This document shows positions 22,450 to 30,227 of a stretch of 38,053 bases of DNA, piece by piece. The translations under genes and the position numbers were made by a program. Positions within the stretch are counted from its first letter, which is position 1, and every line of letters begins with the position of its first letter. The notes below the pieces were generated by a model, which had not been told where the DNA came from, searched no databases, and saw nothing but the letters and a program-made list of their open reading frames with translations. This DNA comes from a virus: IMG/VR virus record IMGVR_UViG_3300029986_000003; one strand, written 5' to 3'.

Positions 22450-22947
22450 CTAGTTTTCTCCTGCTGCGGTTTGAGTATTCTTGTTCATAGAATACGCTGG
22501 ATCTGATTGCCCGGTCGAGTTTTTTTGCTGAATCTCCGACTTGTGCACAGTCTCCCACTCCTGCACGATCTGGTAAATATCCGACGCGTAACGGACAAAT
22601 CGAGTGCTCACCCAGCTTGCAGGCGGCAGACAGATCAGCGTGAGTATGCTGGCAATGGCGATTCTGCTTGATCGGTTTTCTTTCCTTCGTGCATCGGCGT
22701 GCGCCTCGCGCTCTTTGCGCTCCGCATCGTGCCTCCTTTCAGCCTCTTCGCGCTCCTGGCGCACTGCGCGATACTCCGTAAAGAATTCGCGGGATTCAAT
22801 TTGGAATGCACGGGATTCAATTTGGAATGATCGAAAATTGGAGACGCCCTGCTCGACGCTCTTTAGGCGTTCATTGTGCGCCGAAATCTGCTCTGCCATC
22901 TGTCCGGGCGTCATGCGATTCCCTTTATTTGCGTCCTTCGCGTTCAA
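22450..22947 (-). CDS. Membrane protein (165 aa), last large gene of the late block
   Basis: Charged helical N-terminal half, TM IAIASILTLICLPPASWV. Contains a 21-bp tandem duplication (22790..22829) encoding FQIESRAFQIESR. Confidence 0.55.
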   Translation of the reverse strand: MNAKDANKGNRMTPGQMAEQISAHNERLKSVEQGVSNFRSFQIESRAFQIESREFFTEYRAVRQEREEAERRHDAERKEREAHADARRKENRSSRIAIASILTLICLPPASWVSTRFVRYASDIYQIVQEWETVHKSEIQQKNSTGQSDPAYSMNKNTQTAAGEN

Positions 22948-22968
22948 GAAACGAAGTGGTTATGCAGC

Positions 22969-25020
22969 TTAAAATACTTTGACGTTGTAGGCTTTAGCTA
23001 AAGGCGATCCCGCTATCACTGTAGTGATCGTCACAGTCGCCGTTGTCCCATTGACGGACACTTGCGATATCAACCCAGCCTGTACGGTTCCATCGTTTGC
23101 CGCTGCGATACCCGTTTGGCCCGTGGCCGAAGTTGCCAGAGTGCACGTTCCAGATGCCGTACCTCCTGCGCTTCCAGATGGTGTGATACTCCCAGTCGTG
23201 CACAATTGCGCGATCTCGATGTATCCCGTAGCTGTACCTGTGCTACCTTTGACCGTAGAGGGAATAATCAGCCCGTTCATGTTTCCGTAACTTCCTTGAG
23301 TTGTGATGTTCCCATATACGGAAAGATTATTTACACCCGGATCGGCGCTCGACGCATCAGGACCAATGAACATTCCTCCATTGCATCGCATGTATACCTG
23401 ACTGTTTGAGGGTTCCCCTAAAACAGTGCATGCCCTAATTGCATCACTCGCGGTATGTGTTCCATTACCTACCTTCGGTACAAACCATGCCAATCGTCCC
23501 GAATACGCTCCGTCAGGTTCGATTCCTATCCATCCCTGACTTTGGTTAGCAATAGCGCCAGATACTGGACCGAAAGTCAAAGCGGAGGGGCTTTCATTAG
23601 AGTAGCCATAAAGCTGCGTATAACTCTCAGCGTTGTTTGCTCCACACACAAAGGGAACTGCTGTTGAGCAATCCACAGTAGAGTGGGTATTGAAAGTTTC
23701 AGAAGTGAAAATCTTTCCCGCCACCTGACTTCCGCCGCTAGTAGATCCATCTCCGCTATTGTTGTAATTGTTGAAGTAATACATAAGGTTAGTCGCATTT
23801 GATTCGTTGCAAAGGGCGTGAATTGTATTTCCAACGCCTCCGCCAAATATCTGTGTTTCAGTAGGTGGTGTACCAACACCAAAATCGAACCCGCAGGCGG
23901 GAGCATTCTCAATCGAAGGATCAATAAATCGAACATTGGCTGTCATTGCGCTACCTGTGAACACGACCCCCGATCCATTGGTTTTCAGGTTAGAGTATTC
24001 TGTCGTGTCAGACTGGGCGATGGTTACTCCTGTATTTGCCCCGTTGCACTCTACATCGTTGATATGATCATCCCCACTTGGAACGGCACTATTGTAATAA
24101 ATGCAGCCATTCCCCCCGCTGGTTGACCAAACTACATATACATTATTGACCCAGTTGGAAATCTGTCCCTGCTGAAAATAAAGGCCACCCCACATGTTGT
24201 TGATTGTTACATCTTCGATTCGTAACCCAACTGTGTAATAGCCAGTAACACCAGATCCGATTAGGAACGCACCACCCGCAGTGGGCGTCACACCGGGCGC
24301 TTGAACAATCTGAAAATCCTTAAATTGCGCGGCAGTTGTGGTTGTGGTCCCGCCGCCTAAAATACTATAGGTGACTGGGAAAATATAGGCCGTGGTGCTG
24401 TAGTTTTTGATAATTGTGTTCGCTACGCCACTCCCAAAAAAACCTATAGGCAGAGATCCGCAGTTCGTGAGTTGTCCAGAGACTTTGTAGATTCCCGCTG
24501 GAAGTTTGACTTGTAAATTCCCATAATATGCCACGGAGCATGCGGTATTTATGGCAGAAGTGGAGTCAGCTACTCCTGTCGGGTCAGCTCCATAAGTAGG
24601 GCAAGTAGGGTTCAGGGTCCTATTGTTGACGCATGAAGTCTCAGTTGTAGCCGCGACGGTGTCTGAGAAAGTTGCATCTGTTCCGTTCAGCAGGCCGGTG
24701 AGCGTTGTTGGGCCTACGATGTTTGGAAGGGTAGCATTGCCTGTGACGTTGAGGTTCCCGTTGATCGTTCCTCCGGTGAGCGGGAGTTTGGTGGCATCTG
24801 GAGGGAGAGGAGCATAAACTCCCCCGATGGTACAGCCGTAAATCCCCTCAGTTGTAGTGCTTTGCACTAAACTATTCGGGATAGTGCAGGCTACACCTGT
24901 CGGATCACCGGTGTAGAGGTTGATCGGCGGGAAACGGTTCGTCTGCGCGGAAGCAAGAACCGCCATGAATGCGAAAGCGATAGTGGCGTATAATTTCGTC
25001 ATGCTTGAGAGTCTTGTCAT
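22969..25020 (-). CDS. Tailspike / depolymerase-type receptor-binding protein with a predicted right-handed beta-helix (683 aa)
   Basis: LPLTGGTINGNLNVTGN (tail-fibre motif) followed by YGADPTGVADSTSAINTA (pectate-lyase-3-type N-cap). Long Gly/Thr/Asn/Ser-rich beta region. The N-terminus looks like a signal peptide. Confidence 0.7.
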   Translation of the reverse strand: MTRLSSMTKLYATIAFAFMAVLASAQTNRFPPINLYTGDPTGVACTIPNSLVQSTTTEGIYGCTIGGVYAPLPPDATKLPLTGGTINGNLNVTGNATLPNIVGPTTLTGLLNGTDATFSDTVAATTETSCVNNRTLNPTCPTYGADPTGVADSTSAINTACSVAYYGNLQVKLPAGIYKVSGQLTNCGSLPIGFFGSGVANTIIKNYSTTAYIFPVTYSILGGGTTTTTAAQFKDFQIVQAPGVTPTAGGAFLIGSGVTGYYTVGLRIEDVTINNMWGGLYFQQGQISNWVNNVYVVWSTSGGNGCIYYNSAVPSGDDHINDVECNGANTGVTIAQSDTTEYSNLKTNGSGVVFTGSAMTANVRFIDPSIENAPACGFDFGVGTPPTETQIFGGGVGNTIHALCNESNATNLMYYFNNYNNSGDGSTSGGSQVAGKIFTSETFNTHSTVDCSTAVPFVCGANNAESYTQLYGYSNESPSALTFGPVSGAIANQSQGWIGIEPDGAYSGRLAWFVPKVGNGTHTASDAIRACTVLGEPSNSQVYMRCNGGMFIGPDASSADPGVNNLSVYGNITTQGSYGNMNGLIIPSTVKGSTGTATGYIEIAQLCTTGSITPSGSAGGTASGTCTLATSATGQTGIAAANDGTVQAGLISQVSVNGTTATVTITTVIAGSPLAKAYNVKVF

Positions 25021-25046
25021 TGGATTAGCCTTTGCTTACCTCGCCG

Positions 25047-26702
25047 TTATTGTTGGGCAGGTATTGGTTGATTGGGATTGTCGCCGGGGTAATTCTCCTG
25101 CCCAACGGAAGATATTGATCCAAGAGATGTTGCATAGGATTGAACGCGAGCGAGAGCTTGAGCGTAAGGAATCTTGCCGCCCTTGCTCACCGCAATAGCT
25201 AACCGAGATTTGATGTTGGGGTTGTCTAGCACAGCCTTTGCGACCATTGCCACTTTTCCGAGCGTAGTGCTTCCGGTAACCGCTGTCGCTGCAGCCCCAG
25301 CTACCGGCGTTCCGATCCCGATAACCTGATGATTCGAGATACGATTCACTGCGCGCTCAAGAACTGGCTGCAAGTCCAACAGTTTGCCCTCGGCTGCGTT
25401 AAGGTTGCTGATTTCTGGAAATTGCGTTGCAATCTCCTCTTTCAGACCACGCGCCAAAGCCTTTTGAGCCTCGACCGTTGCGCTTCCCTGCTCTCCATAC
25501 TTACCCTTGAGAACCCCATAGGTTCCCTGCTTCATCGCCTGCGCATCTGCAGCGTTCATCGGAGGCGCTGGCTGGGGAGGCTTTGCTGGAATTCCCTGTG
25601 ACATGATAGGGCGCCCCTGGGCATCGAGCAGCCCCGTAGGCCGTGGACCTGTTCCAGGCGTTCCAGGCCGGGCACCGCGCTCCGCAAGGAACTGCTGTCG
25701 TGTCGCTTCGATAGCGTTCAAGTCCGGCTGTGCGACAACTTGATTACCGAATCTGTCGAGCGTGGGCTGGATGCGTGTCGCTACCGCATTCGGATCAATT
25801 GGCCGTGTTGGATCTTGCGCGATGGTTCCCTTGATTTCGCTATTTAGGTCGTCGATCAAGTTGCCAAGTTTTTCCACTCCCGCCTTAGATACCGGAATGG
25901 CATTCTGGAGCCCAGTCCGCACCATTGCCGCGCGATCCGCTTGGCTGATAGTGGTTCCCGGCTTCATTGCACTCTCATAGGCCGCTTCTGGATTCTTGCC
26001 GAGTAGAACAGCGCGCCCCAATCCAGAGGGGACCGCATTCAGGGCAGCATTGGCTACCGGTGCGGCTAGTCTACCGCCCTCATAAGCGCCAATCGCCTGG
26101 CCGGCAAGATTCTCAGCCGCGAGAGGAACACCGCCCTGTTGGTAATCAGCTTGCACTTGCTGGCCAATTCCCTGAGCAGTCTGAATGGGATGGCGCACGG
26201 TGTTATAGATCCCCTCAGCGGTGTCGATGGGGTGTAGGACGGGCTGCGCTAGTGCTTTGATAGCCTGACCGCCAATTTGCTGTACGCCGCCTATAATACC
26301 CTGCTGCGCGCCGCCTGACCCTACTGGGTTTGTGAGCGCATCCCAGTAGCTCACCTTTGCCGCATCTGGGACTTCGATCGGAACCATCTTGAAGCCCTTC
26401 GCGGCTGCATCATGGACATTTTCGGCGGGAACATATCCATTCACGCCCTCGGGAGATTTCATTTGCACAGCGACTTTGAATCCTGCCTGTTTAGCCGCCT
26501 GCATGTTTGAAATCGGGATATCCCCGGTTCGTCCATCCGGCGATAGCATCGTGATGGTGGCCGCGCCTGCTTCCGATGGCGGGTTGTTGACGTTGGATAC
26601 GTTGCCTCCATCAGGAGGCGAAGAAACGCCTTCGCGTGAGGGGTCAATAGTGACCCTCGGACTCGCTGTGATTCCGGTGTAAACCTGGGGAGCGGTTGCC
26701 AT
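25047..26702 (-). CDS. Internal virion / ejection-type protein (551 aa)
   Basis: Large Gly/Ala/Gln-rich protein with no enzyme motifs. Third of three consecutive such genes. N-terminal tandem motif M.SP.G..G.(I/V)P..N...A...GFK x2. The call rests on position and composition. Confidence 0.45.
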   Translation of the reverse strand: MATAPQVYTGITASPRVTIDPSREGVSSPPDGGNVSNVNNPPSEAGAATITMLSPDGRTGDIPISNMQAAKQAGFKVAVQMKSPEGVNGYVPAENVHDAAAKGFKMVPIEVPDAAKVSYWDALTNPVGSGGAQQGIIGGVQQIGGQAIKALAQPVLHPIDTAEGIYNTVRHPIQTAQGIGQQVQADYQQGGVPLAAENLAGQAIGAYEGGRLAAPVANAALNAVPSGLGRAVLLGKNPEAAYESAMKPGTTISQADRAAMVRTGLQNAIPVSKAGVEKLGNLIDDLNSEIKGTIAQDPTRPIDPNAVATRIQPTLDRFGNQVVAQPDLNAIEATRQQFLAERGARPGTPGTGPRPTGLLDAQGRPIMSQGIPAKPPQPAPPMNAADAQAMKQGTYGVLKGKYGEQGSATVEAQKALARGLKEEIATQFPEISNLNAAEGKLLDLQPVLERAVNRISNHQVIGIGTPVAGAAATAVTGSTTLGKVAMVAKAVLDNPNIKSRLAIAVSKGGKIPYAQALARVQSYATSLGSISSVGQENYPGDNPNQPIPAQQ

Positions 26703-28318
26703 TAGTGAGCCTTTCCGCCGAACTGCGCAAACGGGTCATTTCCAGATGTGGGCGAACCCGATCCAGCATCCCCGTACATTCTCTGGAGGATAGCGTTATT
26801 GCCAATGCGGGACTTGATTTGCGAATTTACAGATCCACGGATTCCGTTGAGCGCCCCTTCTCTTCCCTCTTTGCTGAGCTTTGCCGATACGAGATTTGCA
26901 GCCTGCAGCCTAGATTGATCGCTACCGACACCCCCGCCCATCACCTTTGAATAATCATCGGCAACCCCAAGAACGCGCGAAGCGTATTCGGCGAGAGGAC
27001 CGCTTCCGGCTGCTTCCCTCGCCCAATCCTCAATTGAATTGAATTTGGGAATTTGGTTTTGCGGAATCTTTTTCGCAGATTCTGCCAACTGGTCGAGCGT
27101 TCCGCCTGGGTCAGTAAGGGACTTTGCTGATCCAAAGAATTGCACCTGTTGAGGCGACTTAGCGACACTGAATTGAGATTCTGCGCTCTGAGCGTTGTAT
27201 TTTCCACCGCTCATTTGGTGCGCAGCCTGCAATGTCTGCGCGATAAACTGAGGTGTCGATCCGCGCGCCTTCAATTCTGATAAGGTCGCATCGCCGTCGA
27301 GCAAAAGCTGCGCCGCCGCGTTTGGATCGCCCTGGGAGAGCGCCTGTCTTTGCCGTGCAAGAGCCATTTCAAACGGCTGTCTCGCCTTCGCTTCCGCTCC
27401 CGCCTTTACAGCGGCCAGGTTAGCTTGAGTTGCGGGATCATACTTCATCTGTTCATCTGGAGGCATCCCAGCCTGAAGTACCGCGTTTTTGTCGAACTGC
27501 GCGGGGAAGTTCTTCGCAATCTTCATCGGCAGTTCGCCGAGCGCGGCCTGGTAGGTCGCCTGGTCTGGAGACGCCGCAAGCTGTTGCGCCGCATTCCTGA
27601 GCACCAGCGAATCCGATGCGGCCTGTTCGCCGGGGGCCTTGATTGCGGCCGTCTGCGCGCCGGTCTGCGCCGTCTGCATCCGCGCAACCGACCCAAGAAA
27701 TGCTGAACTGATGCCGAGCCCGTGCTGGAGCGCCTTGAGCTGGTCATCCGTGACCGCTGCGGGATTCTGCGCGAGTTGCTGGGCTTGCTGTGGCTGTAAG
27801 GCTTTCGACTGGACCGCTTGCGGAAGAAGCGCGGTGATAGCCTGCGCCCGCTGCTGAGGGTCTGTGACGCCGATAATCCCATTGATTCCGCTGTAGAGGC
27901 TATCGTTCATCTGCTGCTGGTTTGCGAGTTGGTCCTTGGTCAGCGTTGCGGCTGTCTGCTGGTGCTGCAAAAGCTGACCCTGCGCCGCCATGATCCCCTT
28001 GCCGGAAACCCCCTGTGAGGCGAGGGTTTTCCCAACCGTAGTGGGGTTGAAGGCGTCCGGGTCTTTCGGGTCGATATGCATGAACCAGTTGGAAATTCCC
28101 TGCTGGTCCTTTAGGTCCTGCTGGCGCTGCTGTAGCTCCATTGCGCCGCTCTGCACTTGCTGCTGGGCTTGCTGCTGCTGGAGCGGGGCCATGGCCTGCT
28201 GTTGTGCCTGTTGCGCCTGCTGCCCCTTGATTGCCATAAGCTGCCCGTACTGGCTAATCAGGTTTGGAGGCTGCTCGGGTTGTCGAACGTCAAGAGCTAA
28301 AAGCGGAATGCTGCCCAT
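26702..28318 (-). CDS. Internal virion / ejection-type protein (538 aa), Gln-rich
   Basis: QQAQQAQQQAMAPLQQQQAQQQVQ... Mostly helical. Its stop overlaps the next start. Positional inference. Confidence 0.45.
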   Translation of the reverse strand: MGSIPLLALDVRQPEQPPNLISQYGQLMAIKGQQAQQAQQQAMAPLQQQQAQQQVQSGAMELQQRQQDLKDQQGISNWFMHIDPKDPDAFNPTTVGKTLASQGVSGKGIMAAQGQLLQHQQTAATLTKDQLANQQQMNDSLYSGINGIIGVTDPQQRAQAITALLPQAVQSKALQPQQAQQLAQNPAAVTDDQLKALQHGLGISSAFLGSVARMQTAQTGAQTAAIKAPGEQAASDSLVLRNAAQQLAASPDQATYQAALGELPMKIAKNFPAQFDKNAVLQAGMPPDEQMKYDPATQANLAAVKAGAEAKARQPFEMALARQRQALSQGDPNAAAQLLLDGDATLSELKARGSTPQFIAQTLQAAHQMSGGKYNAQSAESQFSVAKSPQQVQFFGSAKSLTDPGGTLDQLAESAKKIPQNQIPKFNSIEDWAREAAGSGPLAEYASRVLGVADDYSKVMGGGVGSDQSRLQAANLVSAKLSKEGREGALNGIRGSVNSQIKSRIGNNAILQRMYGDAGSGSPTSGNDPFAQFGGKAH

Positions 28319-28321
28319 CGT

Positions 28322-29347
28322 CTACCCCATGTAATCCAAGTTGAACATGTTGTTAATATCTGACTGCGTACCGCTGCTTCCGCTGCCGCTTGTTCCCGAT
28401 GCACCGTATAGCGATTTGAGCATCATCATCTGACTTAAGCTATTGCCCACCCCGCTGGCCATGCCGCCGTATGCATTTCCGGCCCCAACGTAACCGGAAG
28501 CGGTCGCAGCCGCGGCATTGGTGTTCTGCTGGCCGACCTGCTGCCCGGTATTGGTGAGCGTGTTTTCCATCTGCCCGGTAGACTGCAAGCCGTTGCTGTT
28601 CATGGTGTTCGCCGCTGTCTGACCCATGCCAGCCATACCCGCCAGCTTGTTGTATTCGCTGGTTTGTTGATTCGCCCAATTGTTGTAATTCGTGCCGTAG
28701 GTCTGGAGAGCCTGGTTGTAGACGTTGTTGTAATTCGTGTCCGCATAGTTCTGGCCGTATTGGTTGAGCGCCGCCTGCGTCCCCCCAGTGAGAAGTGTTC
28801 CATTCGCCGCCGCGCTGGCTTGCTGCGCGCCCTCTCCCTGCTGTAAGCCGAATTGATATCCGGGAGTCTGCCGGGCCTGATCCGCAGTGGGAGCTTGAAA
28901 AGCGCCTCCCCCGTATCCCTTCATCAGCTCGCCATACGATCCCAGATTCGTCGCTGCTGTTCCGGTTGTGGTAGTGACGCCGGGAACGGCTACAGATCCA
29001 GAGATTCCGGGGATCGAGAGCGTTTGTCCTGCACCTGTCGTTGCACCCCCGCCGCCTGGATTCTCGCCACCCATGCCCATCAGATATTGCAGGGTCGCGT
29101 TCGCATTGTCGCCGGTCTGCAAATAAGGCTGGAGATTGGCCTGGTTCTGCTGGTTCTGCTGGTTTTCGAGGGTAAGACCTTCCTGGCCGAGAGACCCCTG
29201 CATCTGCGCATTCTTCTCGGCTGCTGTTGCTTGGGTGGACGCCGCATTCTCCGCAGCATTTGCTCCAATGAGGCCGCTGGCGACACTGCCGCCCGCCGCA
29301 AGTCCCCCGCCGATCATTAGCGCCGTACCAGTAGCCACACCCGACAT
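28322..29347 (-). CDS. Internal virion / ejection-type protein (341 aa), Gly/Asn/Gln-rich
   Basis: Hydrophobic Gly-rich N-terminus (GVATGTALMIGGGLAAGGSVASGLIG). PGYQFGLQQGEGAQQASAAANGTLLTGGTQAAL resembles podovirus internal proteins. Confidence 0.45.
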   Translation of the reverse strand: MSGVATGTALMIGGGLAAGGSVASGLIGANAAENAASTQATAAEKNAQMQGSLGQEGLTLENQQNQQNQANLQPYLQTGDNANATLQYLMGMGGENPGGGGATTGAGQTLSIPGISGSVAVPGVTTTTGTAATNLGSYGELMKGYGGGAFQAPTADQARQTPGYQFGLQQGEGAQQASAAANGTLLTGGTQAALNQYGQNYADTNYNNVYNQALQTYGTNYNNWANQQTSEYNKLAGMAGMGQTAANTMNSNGLQSTGQMENTLTNTGQQVGQQNTNAAAATASGYVGAGNAYGGMASGVGNSLSQMMMLKSLYGASGTSGSGSSGTQSDINNMFNLDYMG

Positions 29348-29775
29348 TACGACCTCCTACTGAGCAAATTGGCGGATTCGTCGCTGAATTCGTCCTCTGC
29401 TTCTTCAACCATTTTCGCGTTGCTCGGGAAAATCATCGTAATTTCCGTTTCCGCACGTGTCACATAAATCTGTTTGCGTCCGGAGGGAGCGTTGAGAACA
29501 TTGTATCCCTTCAGCTCTTTCCATTCTTCGCCCGCCAGAACGATGCAATCCCCGTTGACGATAAGCAACGTGGGGATCTTGATGAGAACGCTGGTGATGA
29601 CCTGATACGCGGCCAGACGGCAGGTACGGGCATACATTCCCGCATGGAGAGAATGCTCCATCTTCACCTGGAGCGTATTCTCGTGTGGCCTTATTCTCGC
29701 CTCCACCAGCGCAATTTTCTCCATAATTTCTGGAGTTGTAGGCGGCAGCGTTTTGTCGATCAGAGCGAGACTCAT
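29347..29775 (-). CDS. Cupin-like hypothetical protein (142 aa)
   Basis: The ATG at 29775 overlaps the GNAT stop (ATGA). HSLHAGMYARTCRLAAYQVITSVLIKIPTLLIVNGDCIVL...GRKQIYVTRAETEITMIF has a beta-barrel/cupin-like pattern (from memory). Confidence 0.5.
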   Translation of the reverse strand: MSLALIDKTLPPTTPEIMEKIALVEARIRPHENTLQVKMEHSLHAGMYARTCRLAAYQVITSVLIKIPTLLIVNGDCIVLAGEEWKELKGYNVLNAPSGRKQIYVTRAETEITMIFPSNAKMVEEAEDEFSDESANLLSRRS

Positions 29776-30227
29776 AACGTCCTCAGGTAGACAGAATTGG
29801 AGCGGCGGTACCGTCCCGCGTTGAGAGCCAGCAACCTCGCAAACCGGCTTCCCGCGGGGACGGTCCATTGAAAGCAGGCGCCTCCCTTGCTTTTCGCGTA
29901 TTCCTCTGCGAGATCTATCATTCTTGCGCCTGTTCCGCTCATCCTATGCCCCGGTGCGAGGAAAATATCAGCATTGGAACCGATATTTTTACCGTAGTGC
30001 GGAATCGTCCAAACCAGCACAGTAAGGAATCCGATTAGCGCGTCTCCCTCGTAAACCCCAAACGCTTGCAAGCCTCCCGATGCCTCCATTAAAGCGTAAA
30101 GATCGGCCTGTGGATTGATTGGAGCTAGCTCAGGGTTCGCGCACTCGGACTCGTACTCGGCAAATAGCTCCTTTGCGTTCGGAGCTCCGAGAATGTCCGC
30201 GTAGCTTACCTTGCGGATATCGGCCAT
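29772..30227 (-). CDS. GNAT-family N-acetyltransferase (151 aa)
   Basis: The ATG at 30227 shares one nt with the fibre stop (TGATG). Acetyl-CoA motif A is present: IFLAPGHRMSGTGARMIDLAEEYAKSKG (R-x-x-G-x-G). Confidence 0.65.
   Translation of the reverse strand: MADIRKVSYADILGAPNAKELFAEYESECANPELAPINPQADLYALMEASGGLQAFGVYEGDALIGFLTVLVWTIPHYGKNIGSNADIFLAPGHRMSGTGARMIDLAEEYAKSKGGACFQWTVPAGSRFARLLALNAGRYRRSNSVYLRTL

Noticed and set aside
28440-29408. 322-aa minus-strand ORF in an alternative frame of 28322..29347
   Set aside because: Arg/Gly/Cys-rich translation of a GC-rich repeat-like gene. The other frame starts with a coupled ATG and resembles podovirus internal proteins.
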